64,000 nucleotides of DNA, from assembly GCA_024408235.1 (NCBI GenBank), contig JAKSVF010000001.1, positions 29,417 through 93,416 on the forward strand. Reading direction: 5' to 3'. Made by a program: the position numbers and the translations under genes. The notes below the pieces were generated by a model. That model was given only the letters and a program-made list of their open reading frames with translations, searched no databases and had not been told where the DNA came from. The stretch's first letter is position 1; each line of letters begins with the position of its first letter. This document shows positions 48,722 to 57,780 of the stretch, piece by piece. The DNA is from Bacilli bacterium. GTDB taxonomy: Bacteria; Bacillota_I; Bacilli_A; RFN20; CAG-826.

Positions 48722-49338
48722 TGAGAGGCCGCTTCAAGAAATGGGCGGCTCCATACTTAGATGAGCATGATGGAGTCGTTCTTAAAGAAATAAAAACCGA
48801 AGATCCATATTTCCAGGCTGAAAAGATCTATTTAGAGGTCGGATCAGGCAAAGGCGATTTCGTATTGGGGCTTTCGACTAAAAGAGAAGGGAACTTTCTC
48901 GCTTTAGAAAGAGATGTCTCAATCTCTGGAATACTCGCTAAGAAGGTAGTGGAATCCGAAATCAAGAACATCAGAGTCATGAACGAAGACTTTGACAATG
49001 TCTACGAGGCGATTAATGGAAAACTCAAGTTTGACATCATCTTCTTAAACTTTTCTGACCCATGGCCAAAGAAGAAACACTGGAAGAGAAGATTAACAAC
49101 TAGAGTTCGCCTCCAGAATATGATGAATATCCTCAAAGACGGCGGAGAGATAAGAATCAAAACCGACAATGACGATTTATACGCTTTCACTAAAGAAGAG
49201 GCTGAGACCCTTCCTTTGGTAAAAATATTCGATACCGATAATTACGAATTCGATGACAGTGATGATGCGATGAGCGAATACGAGAGAAACTTCCGTTCAA
49301 TCGGCAAAAACATCAATCGCCTCATCTATAGAAAGTAG
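48721..49338 (+). CDS. trmB: tRNA (guanine46-N7)-methyltransferase
   Basis: Shows EVGSGKGDF and the NFSDPWPKKKHWKRRL signature. The junction with pepV is a TAATG overlap. Confidence 0.92.
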   Translation: MRGRFKKWAAPYLDEHDGVVLKEIKTEDPYFQAEKIYLEVGSGKGDFVLGLSTKREGNFLALERDVSISGILAKKVVESEIKNIRVMNEDFDNVYEAINGKLKFDIIFLNFSDPWPKKKHWKRRLTTRVRLQNMMNILKDGGEIRIKTDNDDLYAFTKEEAETLPLVKIFDTDNYEFDDSDDAMSEYERNFRSIGKNINRLIYRK

Positions 49339-49346
49339 GACTAGTT

Positions 49347-49925
49347 ATGTACCGCATGTTCTACAATCATGAAGTAACAGGGGATACCTTGTTCATCATA
49401 ATGAATTCATCCAAAATCTTTGACCATGGAGTAACAATCGATGACGTCTATGCGATGTATAGCGGCGATGAGCTCATCGGGGTCAACATCAACAATCTTT
49501 CTAGAATCTTGAAGATCAAGGCTCACGGAATGATCGTTACACCTGGAGAAGAATTGGTAAACGTCGTTAACTCAATCCTCAAAAGAGCAAAGATTGCTCC
49601 GCTTCCATATTGCACATATTCCGGTTATAGAGTAGGGCAGATCGAAGCGATTGAAGGAAACAAAATAGCAGTAGAGATGGCAGGTGAACACCTAAAAGCA
49701 ATCTCTAATTACTCAAACCTTAAAATTGGAGACTATGTCGTCTTGGCATTAGATGGCACAATCCAATATAACGGTGCCACATTCAGAAACTACATTGAAG
49801 ATGGCACAACAATCAATTGCCTTATCTGCAACGCAAAAGAACTCCGTCTAAATATTGAAGGCGAAGGGGCGTTCGTTGTTGAAGGATATAAAACAGGAGA
49901 AGACTTCTATTTGGCAGGAGAGTAA
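49347..49925 (+). CDS. ytpR: YtpR-like protein with C-terminal tRNA-binding (OB) domain
   Basis: The pattern is shared with Bacillus YtpR as recalled: N-terminal FYN.E.TGDTL.I, G.NI.N.S, a VGQI...OB-fold region, CNAKEL.L and the C-terminal GEDF. Neighbourhood with trmB also fits. Confidence 0.65.
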   Translation: MYRMFYNHEVTGDTLFIIMNSSKIFDHGVTIDDVYAMYSGDELIGVNINNLSRILKIKAHGMIVTPGEELVNVVNSILKRAKIAPLPYCTYSGYRVGQIEAIEGNKIAVEMAGEHLKAISNYSNLKIGDYVVLALDGTIQYNGATFRNYIEDGTTINCLICNAKELRLNIEGEGAFVVEGYKTGEDFYLAGE

Positions 49926-49927
49926 AA

Positions 49928-51031
49928 ATGGAAGAACTAGAAATTAAACTTAAAGAACAAGGAAAGATTGCACGTCTTACAAACAAGACGTTCAAATTCG
50001 ACGAGAGAATCAAGGATGGCTATTATTCAGCAAACTATTTCTTAAAGTCTCGTAAAATCGTTTCAGAGCGTTGCCCTGGACACATCGTTGAAATGCAATT
50101 CTTCCAAAGAAGAGATAACGTGATGGTATGCGGAGTTGATGAAGCTATCGCAATCCTTCACACATTCGCAATCGAGCCTGAGACATTAGACATTCGCGCT
50201 CTTAACGACGGAGATATGGTTATGTCAGGTGAGCCAGTCCTCAAGATCACAGGTAAGTATGAGAACTTTGGTTTCCTTGAATCAATCATTGATGGAATCT
50301 TAACGAGAAGAACCGCAGTCGCCACAAACGTTAAAGAGGTGGTGGATGCATTAAAAGGTGCAGACACTTTCTCTATGGCGGATAGACAGGATGACCCATA
50401 CACTCAGACTGGCGACGGCTATGCAACTTATGTTGCTGGCATTAAGAAATTCTCAACAGACGCTCAAGGAGCGTGGGTTGGAGTAAAAGGCATGGGCACA
50501 ATGCCTCATGCGCTTATCCAGATCTGTGATGGTGATATCGTTAAAGCCTGTAACATCTATCATGAGACATTCCCAAACGAACTCGTCACCGCCTTAATCG
50601 ACTACAACAACAACGTTGTCGAGGACACAGTCAAAGTGGCTAAAGCTCTTGGCCGTTCGTTAAGAGGCGTTAGAGTTGATACGTCAAAAGCGCTCATCGA
50701 TCACTATTTCGATGATAAGGACACATCTGGATTTGATCCTCATGGCGTTTGCAAAGAGCTTATCTACGGCTTAAAAGAGAGACTCGTCAAAGAAGGACTC
50801 GAATGGGTCAAGATTACCGTCTCAAGCGGCTTTACTGCCAAGAAAATCAAAGAATGGACCGATGAAGGCGTGCCAGTTGATATGTACGGAGTTGGTACCT
50901 CCCTTATCAAAAACGACACCGTTGGTTATACCGGCGACTTAGTCATGCTTGATGGAAAACATCAGGCAAAAGAAGGTAGAGGCGACATCCCTTCAGCGAG
51001 ATTAAGCAAAGTACCATACCCAATCTATTAA
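49928..51031 (+). CDS. pncB: nicotinate phosphoribosyltransferase-family protein (short, 367 aa)
   Basis: A type II PRTase-like protein with the N-terminal YYSANYFLKS-type motif, the MPHALIQ block and VRVDTS. pncA in the same window fits a salvage role. Confidence 0.6.
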   Translation: MEELEIKLKEQGKIARLTNKTFKFDERIKDGYYSANYFLKSRKIVSERCPGHIVEMQFFQRRDNVMVCGVDEAIAILHTFAIEPETLDIRALNDGDMVMSGEPVLKITGKYENFGFLESIIDGILTRRTAVATNVKEVVDALKGADTFSMADRQDDPYTQTGDGYATYVAGIKKFSTDAQGAWVGVKGMGTMPHALIQICDGDIVKACNIYHETFPNELVTALIDYNNNVVEDTVKVAKALGRSLRGVRVDTSKALIDHYFDDKDTSGFDPHGVCKELIYGLKERLVKEGLEWVKITVSSGFTAKKIKEWTDEGVPVDMYGVGTSLIKNDTVGYTGDLVMLDGKHQAKEGRGDIPSARLSKVPYPIY

Positions 51032-51032
51032 T

Positions 51033-51764
51033 ATGTTGAATTTTGCTTCCCCAATTGACGCTATTATTTTTGCAGTCGAGGTCTTCGGATGTGTTTCTTT
51101 CGCAGTATCTGGAGCAATCACTGCTCTTAGAAAGAAGGCCGATTTACTCGGTGTTTGGGTTTTAACATTCATAGCAGTCTTCGGAGGAGGACTTCTTAGA
51201 GACTTAATCCTCCAACATGGCGCTCCTCATATTTTCTGGGACCCAGAATATCTTTGGTTAGCTGCCATCTCGTTAGCAATCTCTACCGTTTGTTTCGTTC
51301 TTGCGTGCATTCCTAAAACGGCAAAGACGCTTGAACTTCATAGACATGACTTCTGGCTTTACCTTTTTGATGCAATCGGCATTGCCGTCTTCTGCATCGG
51401 TGGAGTTAGAGTGTCTTACAATGCACTTCCTGACAGCATTGGCCCTGTAGCTACTTACATATTCTGCATAATCTTAGGAGTTGTCAGCGGTGTCGGCGGC
51501 GGTATGTTCCGCGATGTGTTCGTCGGGGAAATTCCGATGATGTTCAGAAAGAAGTTCTATACGATGCCATGTATCATTGGCACAACCGTATACACAATCT
51601 TCCACATCAATAGCATCGGCGACCCGTATGGCATCCTTGCTATTGTCCTATCGGTTTCTGTTATTGTTGGTCTTAGAATTCTAGCCACCATATTCAAATG
51701 GAATATGCCTACCGCGAAGGCCTTCAGTGCAGTGCTTGATGAAGAAACGAAAAACAAAAATTGA
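51033..51764 (+). CDS. TRIC/UPF0126 (YicG/YadS-type) membrane channel protein
   Basis: Contains two UPF0126 repeats with the signature Gly motifs: GAITALRKKADLLGV...FGGGLLRD and the second VGGGMFRD. Confidence 0.8.
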   Translation: MLNFASPIDAIIFAVEVFGCVSFAVSGAITALRKKADLLGVWVLTFIAVFGGGLLRDLILQHGAPHIFWDPEYLWLAAISLAISTVCFVLACIPKTAKTLELHRHDFWLYLFDAIGIAVFCIGGVRVSYNALPDSIGPVATYIFCIILGVVSGVGGGMFRDVFVGEIPMMFRKKFYTMPCIIGTTVYTIFHINSIGDPYGILAIVLSVSVIVGLRILATIFKWNMPTAKAFSAVLDEETKNKN

Positions 51765-51815
51765 GAGATTTGATTAATTGATTTATCTTATTAAATAAGG
51801 AAAAGAGGAAACGGC

Positions 51816-52337
51816 ATGAAAAATTTAGTAAATTTCACCGTTGGAAACGAAGGCGATAAGCTCGTTACCGACTACACTTTTGAGAGAACTGATACAAGAC
51901 TCGTTATTACTGAGGCGGAAGTCGCCCCTAAGAGAGGCGATTCAAAGACGACAACCATCACAAAGATCGTCGATTGGGACAAGACCTCAATTGAAGTCAG
52001 CGTTGGAAAGCTTAGAAAAGCGGCTAAGGTTGTCTTAGCAATTCTAGTTATTCTTGTCGGTGCCGCCATCATCGGCGCTTCATTCCTTAAAGACATGGTG
52101 TGTGTCGGAGTTCTCGCCGCTGTAGCAGAAGCATATCCATGGGTTTGTTATTTCGTAGGTGGCTTCGTTGTAATCGCTGGCATCTGCTGGCTGATCACCG
52201 GTATCTTAAGAAGAAAGAAAGCCGCTTTCACAGAGATACTCGTAAAGAGCAATGGCGAGGTTGTTGAATCGTTGAAATTCAATGACACCCCAGAAGGTGA
52301 GATCGCCTCAAACCTCATTGAATTCTTCAGAGGATAA
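51816..52337 (+). CDS. hypothetical membrane protein (two central TM segments)
   Basis: A 173-aa ORF with an AGAGGA SD. A soluble N-terminal ~75 aa is followed by two hydrophobic helices and a short C-terminal domain. A terminator follows. Confidence 0.55.
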   Translation: MKNLVNFTVGNEGDKLVTDYTFERTDTRLVITEAEVAPKRGDSKTTTITKIVDWDKTSIEVSVGKLRKAAKVVLAILVILVGAAIIGASFLKDMVCVGVLAAVAEAYPWVCYFVGGFVVIAGICWLITGILRRKKAAFTEILVKSNGEVVESLKFNDTPEGEIASNLIEFFRG

Positions 52338-52343
52338 ACAATT

Positions 52344-52365
52344 AAGGGGTTCGCCCCTTTTTCTT
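52344..52365 (+). terminator. rho-independent terminator
   Basis: The stem AAGGGG/CCCCTT has the loop TTCG and is followed by TTTTCTTTT. Confidence 0.75.
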
Positions 52366-52482
52366 TTGCATTTTATGTCAAATTAATGACCATTTATGAA
52401 AAATGTGTAAAAGAATGAAAATTTTTCATTGCACTCATGAAAATAACAAGTAAGATTGAACTGCTGAAAGGGTTTACATTAT

Positions 52483-53484
52483 ATGGAGAATTTAAAAGAA
52501 CGTGTAACGATTTACCAGGTTGCTCAAGCTGCAGGAGTATCTTTAGCAACAGTATCTCGCGTTATTAACAAGCAGGGCAACGTAACTGAAGCTACGAGAA
52601 CGAAGGTTGAGGAGACAATCAAGCGTTTAGGATATAAGCCTTCAGGCTTAGCTCAGGCTCTTGCTACAAACAGAACAACAAACATCGGTATCGTCATTCC
52701 TAGCGCTAACTATGTTTATATCTCAAGCATGTTGAGCGGTGTCTCTGAGGTCGCTAAGGAAAAAGGGTTTGTTCTTACATTATTTACAACAGGTCATTCA
52801 AGAGAAGATGCAATTGCGATGATTGAAAAGGTCATCGTCTCACACGTAGACGGAGCAATTATCTTTGATGATGAACTTGATGAGGCAGATATCGAGAAGA
52901 TTAACTCCTATTCCGTCCCAACAATCGTTATCAATAAGAAAGTTGTTGGCGAAAGAACAGGATGCGTTAACTTCTCATATACGAACGCGCTCGCGAAGCT
53001 TGTTCAGTCATACTACGAAAACGGTGGCGACACTGAGATGACTTTCATCCATCTTCATAACTGTGGTAGATTGTTGAGCCACTGCGAAAGAAGATTCATT
53101 GCAGCTCACCAGGAAATCGGAAAGCCATATCACATCATGAATGTCGATGACTCTTACACAAGAACGTACCGTGATTTCACCAATTATTTCCAGAATCATA
53201 AAAAAGGCTATTACATCGCTTACCGCGACTCAATTGCAGCAGCCGTTGCAAATGCAGCAACCGATAGTGGACTAAGAATTCCAGAAGACATTCAGGTCGT
53301 TTCACTTGTCGGAACAAAATATGCGCATATCTTGAGACCTACATTAACATCAATCGATTTGGATTGGCAGGAAGTTGGCAAGAGATCGATGTACATGTTA
53401 ATTGATTTGATCAACAGAAACCTTGAAGAAAAGTCTTACAAGTTTGATGCAAATCTCGTCATCAGAAACTCAACAAAACACTAA
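52483..53484 (+). CDS. LacI/GalR-family transcriptional regulator
   Basis: The N-terminal HTH is TIYQVAQAAGVSLATVSRVIN. A periplasmic-binding-protein-like sugar domain follows. Confidence 0.92.
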   Translation: MENLKERVTIYQVAQAAGVSLATVSRVINKQGNVTEATRTKVEETIKRLGYKPSGLAQALATNRTTNIGIVIPSANYVYISSMLSGVSEVAKEKGFVLTLFTTGHSREDAIAMIEKVIVSHVDGAIIFDDELDEADIEKINSYSVPTIVINKKVVGERTGCVNFSYTNALAKLVQSYYENGGDTEMTFIHLHNCGRLLSHCERRFIAAHQEIGKPYHIMNVDDSYTRTYRDFTNYFQNHKKGYYIAYRDSIAAAVANAATDSGLRIPEDIQVVSLVGTKYAHILRPTLTSIDLDWQEVGKRSMYMLIDLINRNLEEKSYKFDANLVIRNSTKH

Positions 53485-53492
53485 CACGAATT

Positions 53493-53517
53493 GACGCGCC
53501 TAACCGACGCGTTTTTC
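53493..53517 (+). terminator. weak candidate terminator after the LacI-family gene
   Basis: A GC-rich 5-6 bp stem (G)ACGCG/CGCGT(T) with a 9-nt loop is followed by TTTTTC. Confidence 0.45.
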
Positions 53518-53533
53518 TTTTATTTATAAACCT

Positions 53534-53562
53534 TTGATATTTATATCGCGTAAGTCTAGAAT
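53534..53562 (+). promoter_or_regulatory. candidate promoter of the GPH-GH31-transaldolase operon
   Basis: TTGATA (53534-53539), a 17-nt spacer and TAGAAT (53557-53562). An AGGAGG SD lies at 53600-53605. Confidence 0.55.
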
Positions 53563-53612
53563 AATAATTAATTAAGCAACTTAACCAATAAATCTAATTA
53601 GGAGGATTTTTT

Positions 53613-55133
53613 ATGGCTGAGCAAACAAAAACAGCGAAGACATCCGGAATCGGGATGAAAGACAAGCTTGGATACGCTTTCGGAGATGTTGGCTCCTTGA
53701 TGGTATTCGGACTTGTTAACACCTTCCTTCAAGTCTTCTACACCGAAACACTCGGTATAACACCAATCTTGGTCATGATTATCATGATCATCGCTCGTGT
53801 ATGGGACGCGATCAACGACCCTCTATGGGGAAGAATCGTCGACAAGGCGCCATGCAAGAGACCTGGAACAAGATATAAGAGATGGCTTGTTTATTTAGCC
53901 CTCCCTCTTGCTTTATCTTCCATCATCATGTTCTTGAATGTGAGAGGCATCTTTGGAGATAACCCTGCACTCACAGTAACATACGCAACCATTTCTTACA
54001 TTCTCTTCGGCATGCTATATACCGGAACAAATATTCCTTATGGCTCAATGGCTTCAGTCATTACAACAGATGATAAGGAAAGAAACGCATTATCAGTCTT
54101 CCGTTCGGTCGGTTCAACTCTCGGCGGATTTGGCCCTATGGCTTTAAGCTTTGTCTCATATGATAAGGTCCAGAAAGTCGTCGAAGGAGTGGCACAGTTC
54201 GATACTGATGGAAATCCAGTCATGGTATCTCAGTTAAATCCAACAAAACTCATCATTGGCGTTGCAATCTTAGCAGTGCTCTGCGTCGTATTCTCAATTC
54301 TCTGCGCAAAGTTCTCAACGGAGCGTGTTGTTACAGAACCATCTAGAGGAGAAACCAAGAAGAAAGGTGAAACCGCTAGAGTTCTCAAGAATCTTCTCAA
54401 GACCCGCTCATTTGTTGTCATCTCAATTGTCGGCATGCTTTTCTTAGCCGCTCAGATGTTCCAGACAACATACAACTCATACGTATTCATGAAATTCTTC
54501 GGCAGTGGTGGTCTTGCTGCTGTTACTCAGGTATGCCAGTACCTTCCAGTAGCAGTCGTCATGTTCCTTGCCGGGAAACTCGTCAAGAAATTTGGCCGTA
54601 AAGAAATCTGCGCTATCGGACTCTTATTTGTCGCTATCTCATTTGGTGTCTTAGCGATCATCCCAACTACAGTCGTTTCAAGAACAATCTTGATGTATCT
54701 CTTCTTCGTGTTCTCACTCTTAGGAGGTATTGGTAACTCCTTTATCTTCTTAATGATATGGGCTCTTGCTAATGACGCGATTGATGATTATTTCATCAAG
54801 TACAGAAGCCATGATGAAGGTACAGCATATTCAATCTTCTCTTTCATGAGAAAACTTGGCCAGACAATCGCAGCTATCATTGTCAACATCTCTCTTATCG
54901 CAATCGGATACGGAGCTGATGGAACAACCAACTTTGCTCCATCTGAAGCTCAGGCTACATCGATGTACTATCAGTCAATCATCATCCCTGCGGTTTTATC
55001 CCTTGCAATGTTCCTCTTACTCATGTTCCTATACCCTCTTGGAAAACAGGCTGTCTTAGACATGCAGGAGAAGAAGAACGCTATTTATGCGGAAGAAGCT
55101 TCAAATGTCGAAAATGAAGCCGTTAGCGAATAA
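53613..55133 (+). CDS. glycoside-pentoside-hexuronide (GPH):cation symporter family transporter
   Basis: About 12 TM segments. The GPH signature is GYAFGDVG...ARVWDAINDPLWGRIVD. The length is 506 aa. Confidence 0.88.
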   Translation: MAEQTKTAKTSGIGMKDKLGYAFGDVGSLMVFGLVNTFLQVFYTETLGITPILVMIIMIIARVWDAINDPLWGRIVDKAPCKRPGTRYKRWLVYLALPLALSSIIMFLNVRGIFGDNPALTVTYATISYILFGMLYTGTNIPYGSMASVITTDDKERNALSVFRSVGSTLGGFGPMALSFVSYDKVQKVVEGVAQFDTDGNPVMVSQLNPTKLIIGVAILAVLCVVFSILCAKFSTERVVTEPSRGETKKKGETARVLKNLLKTRSFVVISIVGMLFLAAQMFQTTYNSYVFMKFFGSGGLAAVTQVCQYLPVAVVMFLAGKLVKKFGRKEICAIGLLFVAISFGVLAIIPTTVVSRTILMYLFFVFSLLGGIGNSFIFLMIWALANDAIDDYFIKYRSHDEGTAYSIFSFMRKLGQTIAAIIVNISLIAIGYGADGTTNFAPSEAQATSMYYQSIIIPAVLSLAMFLLLMFLYPLGKQAVLDMQEKKNAIYAEEASNVENEAVSE

Positions 55134-55135
55134 AA

Positions 55136-57097
55136 ATGAATAAGCAGCAGCTTGACTCACTTTTCATTTCCTCAATCGAAGATGGGGGAATGCGCATTTC
55201 TCTAGCCCAGGGTAAAGCTAAATACAAAATGAGTCGTGGTTCATTCACGACAAAAGACCATATATTTGATAAGCACAACCTCAAGTTCGTTAATAAAGAG
55301 GGGGACAACTTCCTCTTTAGCGACGGCAAGGTTAACTGTGTCATGTCCTTAGAAAAAGGAGAGAACATTAAACTCCGTTTTAAGGCTGACCCAAAATACA
55401 ATCGCTTCATTTTGAAGATCCCTGCATTTGAGAATGAACACATATATGGATGCGGTGAGCAGTATACACACCTTGATCTCAAGGGGAATAAAGTTAAAAT
55501 CTGGGTTTCAGAACACCAACAAGTAATGAAGATCGCCAAGAAGTTCTTAAGAGAGAAACTCTTTGGTGTAAATCCTGATTACAAAGCCCCATACAAGGCT
55601 CACCAAACCTATTATTCTTCACCAGGCTTTATGTCCAGTGAAAACTATTTTGTCTACTGCCATGAAGACGCTTATGGACAAATCGATTTTGAAAAGAACG
55701 AGACTCTAATTAAATTCCGTCAAGTTCCTCAATCGATATCCATACTTACAGGGGATAATCCAATCGATCTTGTTAAGAAAATTACAAAGCTCGTTAATAT
55801 CCAGCCTAAGCTTCCTGACTTTGTGGGTGAAGGCGCAATAATTGCCACCCAAGGCGGAAGCGATGTTATGCTTGAGAAATACGAGGCCTTAAAAGCTAAA
55901 GGCGGAAAAGTATCTGCAATCTGGTGTCAGGACTGGTCTGGACAGATAGTTACAGAATTTGGCTCTCAGGTCTATTGGAACTGGGAAGTTGATAACAATC
56001 TCTATCATGATTTGAAGGAGATCATTGTCCGCTTAAATAATGAGGGAGTTAAATTCCTTGGGTACATCAATACATTCCTAAAAGAAGACACCCCTTTATA
56101 TAAATATGCGGTAGAGCACGATTATATCGTCAAGAAAAAAGACGGTACACCTTACCTCATTCAGTCTACAACATTTAACGCTGGAATAGTTGATCTCACT
56201 TTCCCTGAAGCATATGAATGGTATAAGGGAATCATCAAAACAAACATGATAGGACTTGGCTTATCTGGATGGATGGCTGACTTTGGTGAGTATCTTCCAA
56301 CAGACTCAGTTGTCCATGGGGGCGATCCTGAAAAGCTTCATAACAAATGGCCAACGCTTTGGGCTAAATGCAACTATGACGCCATTAAAGAGTGCGACAT
56401 GGAGGGCAAGATATTTATCTTCTCTCGCGCTGCATATGGTCATACAGTTCAGTATACGAACTCAATGTGGAATGGTGATCAGCACGTTGATTACTCCGAT
56501 GAATATGGGCTTGGTTCAGTCATCCCTGCGACATTATCAATGGCATGCAGCGGAGTTGGCGTGAACCACAGTGATATCGGCGGATACACGACGGTACTTC
56601 ACATGAAGAGAGACGCAGAATTATTTAGAAGATGGTCTGAGATGAATATCTTTACGCCAGTCTTCCGTTGTCACGAAGGAAATAGGCCAAAGGTCAACGT
56701 TCAGTTCGACAGCGAAGAAGTGGTTGATGAATTTATAAAGAACAGCGATATATTTGCCGCCTTAAAACCATATAGAGATGACGTTCTTAAGGAATATTAT
56801 GAGGATGGCATCCCTTGCAATAGACCTCTCTTCTTCCATTTTGATGAAGATGAGTGTTATACGAATCAAAGAGAATTCATGTTTGGAAGCGAACTGGTCG
56901 TCGCTCCTGTCATGCGTAAAAACGTCACCAAGTTGAAAGTCTATTTGCCTAAAGGCGAGTGGATTGGTCTATTTGATGGCAAGACCTACGAAAGTGGTCA
57001 CATTGAAGTCGAGGCTCCTTTAGGAACGATTCCTGCCTTCTATTTAAAGGGAAGTGTTCACGAGAATCTCTTTAGAGATCTTATAAAGGAAAAATAA
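55136..57097 (+). CDS. GH31 alpha-glycosidase of the YihQ (sulfoquinovosidase) clade
   Basis: Blocks shared with E. coli YihQ as recalled are HIYGCGEQ, IWxQDWSG...FG...WNW, GWMADFGEYLPTD (nucleophile Asp382), WAKCNY, MWNGDQ (acid/base Asp448), HSDIGGYTT and TPVFRCHEGNRP. Confidence 0.85.
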   Translation: MNKQQLDSLFISSIEDGGMRISLAQGKAKYKMSRGSFTTKDHIFDKHNLKFVNKEGDNFLFSDGKVNCVMSLEKGENIKLRFKADPKYNRFILKIPAFENEHIYGCGEQYTHLDLKGNKVKIWVSEHQQVMKIAKKFLREKLFGVNPDYKAPYKAHQTYYSSPGFMSSENYFVYCHEDAYGQIDFEKNETLIKFRQVPQSISILTGDNPIDLVKKITKLVNIQPKLPDFVGEGAIIATQGGSDVMLEKYEALKAKGGKVSAIWCQDWSGQIVTEFGSQVYWNWEVDNNLYHDLKEIIVRLNNEGVKFLGYINTFLKEDTPLYKYAVEHDYIVKKKDGTPYLIQSTTFNAGIVDLTFPEAYEWYKGIIKTNMIGLGLSGWMADFGEYLPTDSVVHGGDPEKLHNKWPTLWAKCNYDAIKECDMEGKIFIFSRAAYGHTVQYTNSMWNGDQHVDYSDEYGLGSVIPATLSMACSGVGVNHSDIGGYTTVLHMKRDAELFRRWSEMNIFTPVFRCHEGNRPKVNVQFDSEEVVDEFIKNSDIFAALKPYRDDVLKEYYEDGIPCNRPLFFHFDEDECYTNQREFMFGSELVVAPVMRKNVTKLKVYLPKGEWIGLFDGKTYESGHIEVEAPLGTIPAFYLKGSVHENLFRDLIKEK

Positions 57098-57098
57098 A

Positions 57099-57779
57099 AT
57101 GAAATACTATTTAGATTCAGCAAAGATCGATGAGATCGATTATGCATACAAATATTTGAAGATTGATGGAGTTACCACCAACCCTAAACACATCCAGAAC
57201 AGCGGAAAGCCATTTTTAACCGCGATTAAAGACATTGCGAATTGGCTTGAAGAGAACCATCTCCAAGGCAAGGATGTCTTCCCTGTCTCGGTCGAGATTA
57301 ATCCTCATTTGGACAACCATCTTGAGATGATTGAAGAAGCAAAAAAGATAGCGGCTATATCGGAGAACTTTGTCATAAAGATTCCATGCAACGTTGAAGG
57401 TTGTAAAGCTGCAAAGCTTTTGGAAGACCAAGGCATCAGAACAAACGTAACATTGGTCTTCTCTCCATCTCAAGCTATTCAGGCTGGAAGAATCGGTGCT
57501 ATGTTCGTTTCTCCATTCATCGGATGGAAAGAGTCTTCTGGTGACGATGGACTTAACTACTTACATCAGATTTCAAACATCTATAAGGAGAAGAACTATA
57601 AGACAGAAATCATCTGTGCTGCAGTTCGTTCCGGCAAGCAGATTGCTGAATGTACGGAGATGGGCGCTGATATCATCACAGCAGGACTCTCTGTTTATGA
57701 AGATTCGATCACAGATCCATGGACCGATTTAGGCCTTAAGAGATTCTGTGACGCTTGGGATAACACCGAAGGTAACTAA
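57099..57779 (+). CDS. class-II transaldolase / fructose-6-phosphate-aldolase-family enzyme (226 aa)
   Basis: Shows YLDSAKIDEI...GVTTNP, the Schiff-base Lys context FVIKIPCNVEG, NVTLVFS and FVSPFIGW. Confidence 0.88.
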   Translation: MKYYLDSAKIDEIDYAYKYLKIDGVTTNPKHIQNSGKPFLTAIKDIANWLEENHLQGKDVFPVSVEINPHLDNHLEMIEEAKKIAAISENFVIKIPCNVEGCKAAKLLEDQGIRTNVTLVFSPSQAIQAGRIGAMFVSPFIGWKESSGDDGLNYLHQISNIYKEKNYKTEIICAAVRSGKQIAECTEMGADIITAGLSVYEDSITDPWTDLGLKRFCDAWDNTEGN

Positions 57780-57780
57780 G

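Noticed and set aside
55123-55539. 138-aa minus-strand ORF
   Set aside because: It is antisense to the 5' end of the GH31 gene and the end of the GPH gene. It has no SD or motif, and the sense-strand genes have strong homology support.
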